Source: Myxococcota bacterium (GTDB lineage Bacteria > Myxococcota > JACRCW01). From it: 64,000 nucleotides of DNA. The position numbers were made by a program, and so were the translations under genes. The notes below the pieces were generated by a model that saw only the letters and a list, made by a program, of their open reading frames with translations, was not told where the DNA came from and made no database searches. Positions 40,295-49,773 of this stretch are shown here, piece after piece. How positions within the stretch are numbered: position 1 is the stretch's first letter; each line of letters starts with the position of its first letter. The DNA lies in the NCBI GenBank assembly GCA_040752415.1, contig JBFMGU010000005.1:26141-90140 (forward strand), given 5' to 3'.

Positions 40295-40691
40295 TACCAA
40301 CGTTCTCATCCGATACCTGGTGCGGGAACCGCGCGGCTCAGCGGTGGCCAAGCAGGTCCTGGAGTTGGTGGTCCGGCATCGGGACTCGGGCAGAGCGCTG
40401 CTGGTGCCAATCCCCGTGGTGATTGAAGCCATGTACGTCCTGACCCAGCACTACGACGTGCCGAAGGCGGACGCGATCCTGGCGCTGGAGGATTGCACCC
40501 GAACCCTGCCCTTCTTCTTCGAAAGCGAGGACGTCGTCCGCGGCGCACTGAAGGACTATCGCGCGGGGACGGCTGATTTCGCCGACTACATGATCCGCCG
40601 CGTGGCGCTTGCCAGCGCGGACGAGCTGGTAAGTCTCGACGAGAAGCAGCTCAAGGCGCCGCGCGTCGTGCACCCTCGCAACGCACGGTGA
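40281..40691 (+). CDS. vapC: PIN-domain toxin, 136 aa
   Basis: AIDTNVLIRYL, E, ADFAD, SLD acidic active-site pattern. Confidence 0.85.
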   Translation: MRAIDTNVLIRYLVREPRGSAVAKQVLELVVRHRDSGRALLVPIPVVIEAMYVLTQHYDVPKADAILALEDCTRTLPFFFESEDVVRGALKDYRAGTADFADYMIRRVALASADELVSLDEKQLKAPRVVHPRNAR

Positions 40692-40695
40692 GAGG

Positions 40696-41970
40696 TCACG
40701 GCGGCAGCACGTAACCCGTCTGCAATGGACCGAACGGCACCGAGGGACGCTCACCCAACGCGTACCGACGAAGCAGGTCCCGTCGCGCCTCCAGCTCCCT
40801 GGTGTAGAACGGACTGCGTGTGCGGTCCTCCGCGGTCTGCACAAACGGCGCATCCGTGGCGTGACACGCGGCGCAACCCACCATCTCCAGGTTCTGTCGC
40901 AGCGTCGGATGCGCTTGCAGCGTGCTCTCTGAAACGCCGGTGAGGTCCAGCGGAACCCAGGGCACGCCCTGCGCGGCGCGGATGGACGGCGCACGGAACT
41001 CCTCGGGAATCAGCAGCGTGCGCGCATCCAGCGCATCCGCGTTGTTCTCGACGAAGGCCAGGAACGCGTCGCGGGTGGCGCCGGGGGCATTCACGCTGTC
41101 GCGATCCACCTGCTGGAACAGGGGCGGGTTCTCCAGGACGCATGGCAGCGAAGGATCGTTGACGTCGGGATTGGGCTGCGGTCTCCACTGGCGCCACTCC
41201 CACGGCGACACGGTGAACTCCACGGTCTCTGCGATGAGGAAGCGTGACGTCGTCAAGTGCTCCAGCAACATGGCCCGCGCGGCGGTGCGGAAGGCCTGGT
41301 CATCCAGGGTGCTCAACTCCGCCCAGCGACGAGCAACCTGCGTGCAGTCCGTGCCCTCCATGCGGAAGAGCCAGATGAAGTGCAGCGGACGGTAGATGGG
41401 ATGCACCGACGCGGCACTCACGCGGAACTCACCGCAATGTGCCTGCGACTGCAGGTCAATCCGGTTGTGCACACCGGTGATCTCGATGGGCAGCGTGTCG
41501 ACGGGCCAAGCGCTCGGGTCGGGACCGTGCTGGGAGGCAATCTCGTCGGCGAGCAGCACCGGGCCGAAGCGCTCCGAGTGCGCCGTGGTGCCGAACTTGC
41601 GCAGCCAGTGGTCCAGCATGACGCCGGGAGATACGCCGTCACACATGCTGGAGAGGAGCTGGGACAGGCCCACCGCGGTGGAATCGTCGAGGAGCGTGGC
41701 GTCCGACCAGGCCAGACTGCGGTCGATGACGACGTCCGGGAGCATGTAGGCAGCGTCGGGCGGGAATGCGGCGTCGGCGACGGCTGCGTCGAGAGGGCCG
41801 GCGTCGGGGGGCGTCGACGCGTCCGGCGGGACAGCGGCATCCCGCGCCATGGACGCATCCGGGATTCCCCCGTCCACCACGACCGAGGACGCGTCGTTCG
41901 TCGACGGAGCCTCCACGCACGCGACGAGCGGGAGCAAGAGAGCGAGGACGGGCACGCGGCGCGGGAACAT
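40696..41970 (-). CDS. Lipoprotein of unknown function with a C-terminal CxxCH motif, 424 aa
   Basis: LVAC lipobox, DAG/DAA stalk, NRIDL...CGEFR, WEWRQW, GCAACH. Confidence 0.7.
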   Translation of the reverse strand: MFPRRVPVLALLLPLVACVEAPSTNDASSVVVDGGIPDASMARDAAVPPDASTPPDAGPLDAAVADAAFPPDAAYMLPDVVIDRSLAWSDATLLDDSTAVGLSQLLSSMCDGVSPGVMLDHWLRKFGTTAHSERFGPVLLADEIASQHGPDPSAWPVDTLPIEITGVHNRIDLQSQAHCGEFRVSAASVHPIYRPLHFIWLFRMEGTDCTQVARRWAELSTLDDQAFRTAARAMLLEHLTTSRFLIAETVEFTVSPWEWRQWRPQPNPDVNDPSLPCVLENPPLFQQVDRDSVNAPGATRDAFLAFVENNADALDARTLLIPEEFRAPSIRAAQGVPWVPLDLTGVSESTLQAHPTLRQNLEMVGCAACHATDAPFVQTAEDRTRSPFYTRELEARRDLLRRYALGERPSVPFGPLQTGYVLPP

Positions 41971-42079
41971 CAGGAGGAAACGCTAGGTCCCGCGCGGTAC
42001 CGGGGCAATCCACCGTCGCGCGGAGGTTGCCGCGCGGCGCCGTTTCCGCCAATGTGCCGCCTCCTTCCCCGAGGGACAC

Positions 42080-42859
42080 ATGACGGATGTTCTCCTCAAG
42101 GACCTCAAGGACGGCGTCCTCACGTTGACGCTGAACCGCCCCGACAAGCGCAACGCGCTAAGCCCGGAGCTTCAGTCCCTGCTCATCTCCGCATTCACCG
42201 ACGCCGCGCGTGACGACGCCGTGCGCACCGTGGTGCTCACCGGCAGCGGCGACAAGATGTTCTGCAGCGGCGGGGACCTCGGCGAGATGAGCGGCGACGA
42301 GGGTTTCCTCAAGGTGCATGAAGGTCGCGGGAAGTTCGCGGAGCTGCTCTCGATCCTGGAGGGATTCCCCAAGCCCACGGTGTGTCGCGTGGGTGGGCAC
42401 GCCATGGCGGGCGGCATTGGCCTGGTGCTGGCCTGTGACCTGGTGGCGGCCGCTGACGACGTCACCTTCTCCACGCCGGAGGTGGCGCGCGGGTTGTTCC
42501 CCATGATGATCAGCGCGCTGATTGTGCGTCAGCTGGGACGCAAGCGTGCGTACGAGCTCATGCTGCTGGGCGACCGCTGGACGGCGTCACAGGCGCGTGA
42601 AGCGGGCATGGTGAACTTCGTGGTGGCTCGCGCCGAGCTCGACGCCAAGGTGGCGCAGGTGGCGACGAGACTGGCCAGCTACAGCCCGGCCATCATGACG
42701 CTGGGCAAGCGCGCCCTGCATGACAGCAGCGAGATGGGAATGGATGAGGCCCTCCGCTACCTGCACACGCAGCTGACGCTGAACCTGATGACCGAGGACG
42801 CGATGGAGGGGATCTCCGCGTTCCTCCAGAAGCGAGAGCCCAACTGGAAGGGCCGGTGA
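42080..42859 (+). CDS. Enoyl-CoA hydratase/isomerase family protein, 259 aa
   Basis: LNRPDKRNAL, FCSGGDL, AGGIGLVLACD, PEVARG, EGISAFLQKR. Confidence 0.9.
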   Translation: MTDVLLKDLKDGVLTLTLNRPDKRNALSPELQSLLISAFTDAARDDAVRTVVLTGSGDKMFCSGGDLGEMSGDEGFLKVHEGRGKFAELLSILEGFPKPTVCRVGGHAMAGGIGLVLACDLVAAADDVTFSTPEVARGLFPMMISALIVRQLGRKRAYELMLLGDRWTASQAREAGMVNFVVARAELDAKVAQVATRLASYSPAIMTLGKRALHDSSEMGMDEALRYLHTQLTLNLMTEDAMEGISAFLQKREPNWKGR

Positions 42860-42871
42860 GGGACACACGCC

Positions 42872-43759
42872 ATGATGAAGAACGCCGAAGCCATCATGAA
42901 GGACAAAGTGGTGGTCACCTGCGCCGTGACGGGCGTGCTGGCCAACCGCAAGCAGTGCGAATGGGTGCCGTACACGCCGGAGGAGATTGGGGAGGAGTGT
43001 CGTCGGGCGTATGAGGCCGGCGCGTCCGTCTGCCACATCCACGCGCGTGACCCGGAGACCGGCAGCCCCGCCTTCGGCCCCGCCATCTACCAGCGCATCA
43101 TGGATGAGGTGCGCAAGCGCAGCCCCGTGCTCATCAACTTCTCGACGGGCGCGGTGGGCATGCCGGTGGAAGAGAAGATTGCGCACATTGCCGCCACCAG
43201 GCCAGCCATTGCCGCGCTCAACATGGGCTCCATGAACTACGCGAAGTACTCCGACAAGCGGAAGGACTTCGTGTTCGACATGATCTTCGCCAACCCGTTC
43301 AACGAGATCATCCACACGCTGAAGACGTTTGCCGAGCACCGCGTGAAGCCGGAGCTGGAGTGCTTTGACACCGGCCACACCGCGTCGATCTACCCGCTGA
43401 TGGACATGGGCGTCCTCAAGCCGCCGCTGCAGTTCAGCTTCATCCTCGGCGTGGTGGGCGGCATCCCGGCCAGCGTGGAGAGCCTGGTGTTCCAGAAGAA
43501 CCAGATTCCCGACGACAGCCAGTGGGAGGTCATTGGCGTCAGCCACGAGCAATGGCTCCTCGTCGCCGCCGCGCTGGCGCTGGGTGGCAACGTGCGCGTG
43601 GGCCTGGAGGACAACTTCTACGTGGCCCCCGGCGTCATGGCGAAGAGCAACGGCGAGCTGGTGGGGAAGGCGGTGCGCATGGCACGTGACGTCGGTCGGG
43701 AGCCGGCCACCGTCGAGGAAGCGCGCAAGATCCTGTCCATTCCCGCGGACCGATTCTGA
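42872..43759 (+). CDS. Beta-keto acid cleavage enzyme (BKACE/Kce, DUF849), 295 aa
   Basis: TCAVTG, PYTPEEI, HIHAR, STG, LNMGSMN, ELECFD, GGNVRVGLED. Confidence 0.9.
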   Translation: MMKNAEAIMKDKVVVTCAVTGVLANRKQCEWVPYTPEEIGEECRRAYEAGASVCHIHARDPETGSPAFGPAIYQRIMDEVRKRSPVLINFSTGAVGMPVEEKIAHIAATRPAIAALNMGSMNYAKYSDKRKDFVFDMIFANPFNEIIHTLKTFAEHRVKPELECFDTGHTASIYPLMDMGVLKPPLQFSFILGVVGGIPASVESLVFQKNQIPDDSQWEVIGVSHEQWLLVAAALALGGNVRVGLEDNFYVAPGVMAKSNGELVGKAVRMARDVGREPATVEEARKILSIPADRF

Positions 43760-43762
43760 ACG

Positions 43763-44512
43763 ATGTCGACCTGGTTGCTCATCACGCTGAGCCTGGCCCT
43801 GGCCGAGCCTCCCAGTGACGGACCCGTCGAGGCTCCCGCGCCCGCCACGACGACGCCCGTCGTGGAGAAGCTGACGCCGCAGCAGCGCATCGAGAAGGCG
43901 GACGCGTTGCTGGCCTCTCTTGACGACGAGGCTGCGCGCGAGATGGTGCGCCCGCTGGTGGATGACCCCACGGTCTCTCCGCGGCTGCGCGCGCAGGCGG
44001 GGCTGCGCCTGGGTCTGGCGGAAGTGAACCTGTTGCGTCCGGAACAGGCCCAGCAGGCATTCAAGGGCGCACTGGGCGCGGACCCCACGCTGCAGCTCCC
44101 CGTCGACGCGAGCCCCAAGGCGCACGAGCTGTTTGAAGCGGCGCGACTGGACCTGGCGACGTCCAGGACCCGCCCCAAGGCGCTCCCGGAGAAGCCCGCG
44201 CGACAGCAGGAGCCCGCGCTGGGATGGGTGCGTCCCACGTCGTTGATGCTGCTGGCCAGCGGGTTTGTGCTGCTGGGCCTGGGCGGCGCGGTGGCCGTGG
44301 GCGGCGTGATCCTGCGGGAATGGACCGTGCGCCAACCGGACCCGACGTCACAGGCGCAGTACACGCGGCTGTTGCTCCCGCTTGCGCTGGCCGCCGGCGG
44401 CAGCATTGCGCTGTCCATTCCCGTCGCTGGCACCGGGCTGGCGCTGTTCTTCCTCTCCGGCGAGGAGGGACCCCTGCGCGACAAGAACCCGGTGGACCCC
44501 GACGCCCCGTGA
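43763..44512 (+). CDS. Exported/membrane protein with a TPR-like segment, 249 aa
   Basis: Signal peptide, a helical AF..AL..DP...L....SPK motif and two C-terminal TM segments. Confidence 0.65.
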   Translation: MSTWLLITLSLALAEPPSDGPVEAPAPATTTPVVEKLTPQQRIEKADALLASLDDEAAREMVRPLVDDPTVSPRLRAQAGLRLGLAEVNLLRPEQAQQAFKGALGADPTLQLPVDASPKAHELFEAARLDLATSRTRPKALPEKPARQQEPALGWVRPTSLMLLASGFVLLGLGGAVAVGGVILREWTVRQPDPTSQAQYTRLLLPLALAAGGSIALSIPVAGTGLALFFLSGEEGPLRDKNPVDPDAP

Positions 44513-44526
44513 CGTTAGACGCCAGC

Positions 44527-45342
44527 ATGGAAGCGCTCATCCGGTTCCTCGACGAGGGGAAGCGTGTGGTGGTGCTGACGGGCGCGGGGTGCAGCACGGA
44601 GAGCGGCATCCCGGACTACCGGAGCCCTGGCGGCACCTGGACGCGCCACAAGCCCATGCTCATCAGCGAGTTCATGGGAAGCGAGGCGTCACGTCGTTAC
44701 TACTGGGCGCGCAGCTACACCGGCTGGGAGCGTTTCTCGTCGGCGCAGCCCAACGCGGCGCACCGCGCGCTGGCCGCGCTGGAGCACGCGGGACGCGTCC
44801 GGTTCCTCATCACGCAGAATGTCGACCGGCTGCACCAGGCGGCGGGGAGTCGCGCGGTGATGGAGCTGCACGGCACCAACCACGACGTCACGTGCATGAC
44901 CTGTGCGCGACGCATTCCCCGGGCGCGCATGCAGGAGCTGCTCTCCGCGCTGAACTCTACGTGGTCAGCAGCCTCAGGACGCATGGCTCCCGACGGCGAC
45001 ATGGAGGTCCAACGCGCCGACACGGCGGATTTCCAGGTCCCGGCGTGTGAGGCGTGCGGGGGCATCCTGAAGCCGGCGGTGGTGTTCTTTGGTGAGTCGG
45101 TGGCGCGGGAGCTGGTGGACCAGGCCATGGCGGAAGTGGACGAGGCGGACCGGCTGTTCGTGGTGGGCTCATCGTTGACGGTGTGGTCGGGTTTCCGGTT
45201 TGCGCGACGCGCACACGAGCGCGGGATTCCGCTGGCACTGCTGAACGTGGGCCCCACGCGCGCGGATGACCTTGCCACGCTGAAGGTGGAGCAGCGGTGC
45301 GGAGATGCCCTGACCAGGGTCGCGGGGCGCCTTCTGAGTTGA
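44527..45342 (+). CDS. NAD-dependent sirtuin deacylase, class II (SIRT4-like), 271 aa
   Basis: GAGCSTESGIPDYR, YWARSYTGW, TQNVDRLH, HG, two CxxC, KPAVVFFGE, GSSL. Confidence 0.9.
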   Translation: MEALIRFLDEGKRVVVLTGAGCSTESGIPDYRSPGGTWTRHKPMLISEFMGSEASRRYYWARSYTGWERFSSAQPNAAHRALAALEHAGRVRFLITQNVDRLHQAAGSRAVMELHGTNHDVTCMTCARRIPRARMQELLSALNSTWSAASGRMAPDGDMEVQRADTADFQVPACEACGGILKPAVVFFGESVARELVDQAMAEVDEADRLFVVGSSLTVWSGFRFARRAHERGIPLALLNVGPTRADDLATLKVEQRCGDALTRVAGRLLS

Positions 45343-45384
45343 TGCCGGTCAGGTCCGTGCTTGCCGCCGCTGCCAGCCGGTTCC

Positions 45385-45412
45385 TTGACGGACATATATA
45401 CGCGTATATATT
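45385..45412 (+). promoter_or_regulatory. Promoter and operator of the second vapBC
   Basis: TTGACG (45385-45390), 16 bp, TATATT (45407-45412). Perfect 18-bp palindrome ATATATACGCGTATATAT at 45394-45411. Confidence 0.75.
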
Positions 45413-45430
45413 CCTCCTGGAGGCGTTGGC

Positions 45431-45700
45431 ATGCGTCGCGAACCCCCGGATTCCCAATCCCTGGGCAAGGTGTTCTGGAGTGGAAACAGCCAGGCCGTGC
45501 GACTCCCCCGGGACTTCAGGCTCGAGACCGACGTGGTGCGCATCCGACGGGTTGGGGACGCGCTACTCCTGGAACCAGTCAAACGCCGCCGGTGGAGCAA
45601 GACGTTCCTTGCCTCGCTGGGGAGCATCTCGGACGAGAGCTTCGAGGCGCCGCCGCCGCTGCCCGCGGTCGACGTCGATCTCGACCGGGAACGTCCGTGA
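45431..45700 (+). CDS. vapB: VapB/VagC-type (AbrB fold) antitoxin, 89 aa
   Basis: KVFWSGNSQAVRLPRDFR. GGAGG RBS. Confidence 0.9.
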   Translation: MRREPPDSQSLGKVFWSGNSQAVRLPRDFRLETDVVRIRRVGDALLLEPVKRRRWSKTFLASLGSISDESFEAPPPLPAVDVDLDRERP

Positions 45701-46110
45701 GCTACCTGCTGGACACCAACACCTGCATCTTCGCACTGAAGGGTCGTCCGCCGGAGGTTGCGGAACGACTGCGCGCGTGCGCACCCGAGGACATCGCGGT
45801 GAGCATCATCACCGTGGCCGAGCTGTGGTTCGGGGCGTTGAAGAGCGCGCGCCCCCAGGAGCATCGCTTGGCCGTCGACGCCTTCCTTGGGGACATCCGC
45901 GTGTTGGAGTTCGACGTCGCCGCGGCACAGCACTACCCCAGCGTGCGCCTGCACCTGCAACGCATGGGAACACCGATTTCCGAGCGCGATCAGCTCATTG
46001 CGTGCACAGCGCTCGCACATGGCATGACGGTGGTGACCCACAACGTGGGCGAATACGCGCGCGTCCCAGGGATCCATGTCCAGGACTGGGTTTCACCCTC
46101 CGAGCGATGA
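45697..46110 (+). CDS. vapC: PIN-domain toxin, 137 aa
   Basis: YLLDTNTCI, ITVAELWFG, ERDQLIA.TAL, VTHN..EY.RV.G. GTGA overlap with the antitoxin. Confidence 0.9.
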   Translation: MSYLLDTNTCIFALKGRPPEVAERLRACAPEDIAVSIITVAELWFGALKSARPQEHRLAVDAFLGDIRVLEFDVAAAQHYPSVRLHLQRMGTPISERDQLIACTALAHGMTVVTHNVGEYARVPGIHVQDWVSPSER

Positions 46111-46124
46111 AGCGCGGTGGGCCA

Positions 46125-48344
46125 TCACCGGCGATTCCGACGCGCACGCGCCAGGCGCGCTCCGACGAGAACGAGCCCGAACACGCCCCACGGCGGGGCG
46201 TCGGTGCGCACGCGCGCCTCAGCGCAGGACGAGCCTTCATCCGTGGTGGTGCCGCCATCCGCCTCCGTGCCCGCGTCGCGGCAGCCCGGGGATCCCGACG
46301 AGGAACCGCTGCTGGAAGTGCTGCTGGCGGTGGACGTGCTGCCACTGGACGTGCTCGCCGACGACGTGCTGGTGGACCCCGTCGTACCGCCGCTGGACGA
46401 GCTGGAGGTGCCGCCACCGGACGAGCTGCTGGCCACGCCGCCCGACGAGCTGGACGCAGTGGAAGCCGACGCCGACGAGCTGGTGGCTGCCGACGACGAC
46501 GAGGACGACGAAGCCGCGGAAGAAGAGGTGCTCGCCGCATTCCCGGCGCCGGCGTCGGGCGGCTCCACCGTGGCGCCGTAGCGGATGACGCTGGAGATCT
46601 TCACCTCGTCAATGGCGCCGTGGAAGCCGCCGTTGCCGTCGGGACAGCCAAACGCGCCGCCGTTGTCCGGGCCGCCAATGCTGAGCTGAGAGAGCGTGGT
46701 ATCCAGCGTCCCCGGCGCGTGCGTCACGCGGTTGGTCTCCACGCCGTTGATGAAGAACGCCATCTGGCCGCTGGCAGCGTCGTAGGTGTACGCCACGTGG
46801 CTCCACTGCCCGACGGGAATCTGCGCATTGGACCACACGCTCTTGTGCTCACCCCCGGCGCGGACGCGGGCCTGGAAGCTCTCGCCCTCCTCGAAAACCA
46901 GGCTGTACCCGCCCTGACCGATGGGCCCCTTCTGCAGGATCACGCGGTAGTTGTTGTTTCCGTCGCAATCCACCGGGAAGTCCGGGCGCAGCATCATCTC
47001 GACGGTGATGGCATTGGTGGGGCTGAGCGCGGCGGAAGAGCCGACGAGGATGCGCCCGTCCGTGCCGTTGAGCTCCGCGGCCTTACCCAGGGAGCCGTTG
47101 TTGCGCAGCGGCAGCGCCACCCCACCCTGCAGCGTGCCCGTGTGGAAGTAGCCGCTGTTGTCCGGCGTGCGGTCGTGGTCCATGTTGCCGTCGATGTCGA
47201 CCACCTCGTTGAGATGCCACAAGCCCACGTAGTTGCCGTCGAGACCGTCGTCGAGGACGAGCTCCGCGTAGTTGCTGGTGTTGGAGCCGAACATGGGCCA
47301 CACGTCCTGCCCCGGCGTCACCGGAATCTGGCTGAAGCGCCCCGGCCCCGGCGAGCTGAAGAACAAGCGCACCGTCTGGTCCGTGTCCGGGTTGATGGCC
47401 CCGTCGATGTGGCTGATGCCCCAGTTGGTGGGGTAGCCCAGCACGCTCAGCGCGCCACGACGAGGACCACACCCCGGCGGGTCCTCCTGCGCCCGACACG
47501 GCACCGGCGCCGCGGTGAAGAACACGGCGTCGCCGTTGGGGAACAGCCACGGATACGCGCCGTGGAGCCACGCGCCGCTGGCGAACACCTGCCCGTCGGT
47601 GGTGCGCATGGCGCGCTCACCCAGGCGGTAGCGGGTGCGCACCGTGGCGTCGTTGTACATGGCGGTGATGACCTTGGGCGCCTGCCATCCCGTCAGCGCG
47701 CACGGGTTCTCGTTGTACGTGTACATCAGGATGTCGATGTCGCCGTTGTTGTTGGGATGGCCCTGGTAGATGAGCAGCTTCCCGTCGCGGGTGACCGTGG
47801 GCTCAATGCCGCGCATGTACGCGTCCACCGGCTGACGCGCCTCCAGCCACACCGCCTCGCGCACCTGCGCGTCGTTGTTCTCCGGCCCGTCGGTGCGCAC
47901 CAGCAGGTGACGACGGTGCAGCACGTTGGGCGTCACGCCGGAAGCGTCGGACTCGAAGATGTACACGTCGTAGCAGGTGTACGCGGCGCCACCGTCGGGC
48001 TGGTTCTGGTCATTGCAGCGGAACGGGCTGTTGTCGGCGTCGGGCTCACAGATGGCCAGCGCGTTCTCCGCGTTCACCGGCGGCTGGATGTTGGTGAACG
48101 AGCTGAAGGCGCCCTGGTCCATCTGGGGAAAGCCCTCGGCGTCGTAGACCACGCGCTCCGGACGGAACACCGAGGCGTACCAGCCGCCGGGGTCGCCGCC
48201 CTGGGTCACGAGGTAGAGGCGCCCGTCAAAGGTCTGGTTGTGACCGTTTCCGCCCATGGGCGAGAACACGGACTTGCTGCTGGTGGCGGCGAGCAGTGGC
48301 GCCGGCAGGAGCAGGGCAACAAGCAAAGCGCGGAAAGTGCGCAC
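46125..48344 (-). CDS. Secreted LamG/concanavalin-like domain protein with a Ser stalk and MYXO-CTERM-like tail, 739 aa
   Basis: Signal peptide, GQWSHVAYTYD...FFING...GAIDEVKIS, and a C-terminal Cys + hydrophobic + RRNRR segment. Confidence 0.8.
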   Translation of the reverse strand: MRTFRALLVALLLPAPLLAATSSKSVFSPMGGNGHNQTFDGRLYLVTQGGDPGGWYASVFRPERVVYDAEGFPQMDQGAFSSFTNIQPPVNAENALAICEPDADNSPFRCNDQNQPDGGAAYTCYDVYIFESDASGVTPNVLHRRHLLVRTDGPENNDAQVREAVWLEARQPVDAYMRGIEPTVTRDGKLLIYQGHPNNNGDIDILMYTYNENPCALTGWQAPKVITAMYNDATVRTRYRLGERAMRTTDGQVFASGAWLHGAYPWLFPNGDAVFFTAAPVPCRAQEDPPGCGPRRGALSVLGYPTNWGISHIDGAINPDTDQTVRLFFSSPGPGRFSQIPVTPGQDVWPMFGSNTSNYAELVLDDGLDGNYVGLWHLNEVVDIDGNMDHDRTPDNSGYFHTGTLQGGVALPLRNNGSLGKAAELNGTDGRILVGSSAALSPTNAITVEMMLRPDFPVDCDGNNNYRVILQKGPIGQGGYSLVFEEGESFQARVRAGGEHKSVWSNAQIPVGQWSHVAYTYDAASGQMAFFINGVETNRVTHAPGTLDTTLSQLSIGGPDNGGAFGCPDGNGGFHGAIDEVKISSVIRYGATVEPPDAGAGNAASTSSSAASSSSSSSAATSSSASASTASSSSGGVASSSSGGGTSSSSSGGTTGSTSTSSASTSSGSTSTASSTSSSGSSSGSPGCRDAGTEADGGTTTDEGSSCAEARVRTDAPPWGVFGLVLVGARLARARRNRR

Positions 48345-48466
48345 GGCAGACCTCCAGGGGCGGGACCCAGGGCGGCTGGAGGTAATGCCACCGTTGGTCG
48401 TCCGACATCGGTCAAACGGCCCTGGTTTTCAGGAAATCCTGCGCGCCGTGCTAGCCTGCGGGGCGG

Positions 48467-48967
48467 ATGTCGACCTTTGGCAAACCCCGGACGGGCCTGG
48501 ACGAGACGCTGCGCCCCGCGTTGATGGGCGTGGTGCTCAACCTGCTGCGGACCTCCGCGCTGGGCAGGAAGGTGCCCATTGACCAGGTGGTGCAGTTCGT
48601 CGGCAACCAGTGGAAGCAGATGTACGCCGCGGGCACGTTTGACCTGACGCCCCTGTTCAAGATGCTGATGGCGCAGCCCGGGGTCGCGCAGGACGACGTG
48701 GCGGAGATCTTCCTGCTGCTCAAGGAGCGGGAGACGCGGCTGGGCGTCACGATCAAGCTGCCTCCCGCCGTCGAGGCATTGCCTCCCACCGAGCGGGAAC
48801 GGTTGCTCACCCACGTGCAGCGCGTGGGCGTTCAGTCCGGCGTGACCCTCAGCAACCTGCCGCGCGTCACCGCCACCCGCCCCGACGAGCCCAAGGCCCC
48901 GGAGCACCCCGCCGAGGGCCTGGTGGATCGCGTGCGCGCCATCCTCAACCCGCCCAAGAAACCGTAG
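48467..48967 (+). CDS. Hypothetical protein, 166 aa
   Basis: Typical codon usage. Its 3' end overlaps the convergent boxR by 23 bp. Confidence 0.65.
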   Translation: MSTFGKPRTGLDETLRPALMGVVLNLLRTSALGRKVPIDQVVQFVGNQWKQMYAAGTFDLTPLFKMLMAQPGVAQDDVAEIFLLLKERETRLGVTIKLPPAVEALPPTERERLLTHVQRVGVQSGVTLSNLPRVTATRPDEPKAPEHPAEGLVDRVRAILNPPKKP

Positions 48968-49766
48968 CGCCCGAGGGTGGCCGCATCCGGCCCATCAGCT
49001 CCGCCGCCACGTCGTCAACCGCGAGCCGCGCGGTGTCCACCACGTGGTCCGCCTGCGCATAGAGCGGGGCGCGCTGGTGGTAGATGACGTCCAGCTCCGC
49101 GCGGGCGCGGGGATTGCCGGCCATGGGCCGCTTGTCGCCCTGCGCCACCACCCGCTCCCAGTGGGCCTGCACCGGTGCGCGCAGCCAGAACGTCATGGCG
49201 TGGCGACGGAGCAGCGCCATCGCGTCGCGGTTGGTGACCACGCCGCCGCCGGTGGCCACCACCATCTGCCGCCCCTCCGCAATCAGTTTCTCCAACGCCT
49301 GCACCTCCAGCCGCCGGTAGTAGTCCTCGCCGTGGAGCGCGAAGATCTCGCCCAGCTTCAACCCGCCCTCCTCCTCCACGCGCTGGTCCAGCTCCACGAA
49401 CGGACAGCGCAGCTTGCGGGCCAGCACACGACCCACGCTGGTCTTCCCCGCCCCCCGCAGCCCCAGCAGCGCCACCAGCGGCCGCGGCCGCGAGGGCGAC
49501 CCGCGTGAGGACACCACGTCCCCGTCGCCAATCAGCTCGGAGATGGAGCAGCCCAGCGCCTCCGCCAGGTCCGCCAGCCGCGTCAGGGCCGGGTTCCCCA
49601 CGCCCCGCTCCACCATGCCCACGAACCGCTCGCTGAGCCCGCTGCGCTCCGCCAGCTCGCGCACCGTGAGGTTGAGCTGCTGACGTCGGTAGCGCACCGC
49701 GGACGCCAGCTCCGCCAGCAGCTCCCGGTGCGTTCCCCCTCCCATCGGCCCACGTGCGCGTTTCAT
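48945..49766 (-). CDS. boxR: BoxR/BzdR-type regulator (XRE HTH plus shikimate-kinase-like benzoyl-CoA sensor), ~273 aa
   Basis: LAERSGLSERFVGMVERG..NP HTH, GLRGAGKTS P-loop, RVVAQGD.RPM. Divergent from boxC. Start could be 49766 or 49745. Confidence 0.85.
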   Translation of the reverse strand: MKRARGPMGGGTHRELLAELASAVRYRRQQLNLTVRELAERSGLSERFVGMVERGVGNPALTRLADLAEALGCSISELIGDGDVVSSRGSPSRPRPLVALLGLRGAGKTSVGRVLARKLRCPFVELDQRVEEEGGLKLGEIFALHGEDYYRRLEVQALEKLIAEGRQMVVATGGGVVTNRDAMALLRRHAMTFWLRAPVQAHWERVVAQGDKRPMAGNPRARAELDVIYHQRAPLYAQADHVVDTARLAVDDVAAELMGRMRPPSGATVSWAG

Positions 49767-49773
49767 GGCTACC

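Noticed and set aside
44527..45342. Sirtuin as an anti-phage SIR2 NADase (Thoeris/DSR)
   Set aside because: It is a canonical zinc-binding class II deacylase with no defence partner genes.
48945..49766. Shikimate kinase aroK
   Set aside because: The N-terminal XRE HTH and the position divergent from boxC indicate BoxR/BzdR.
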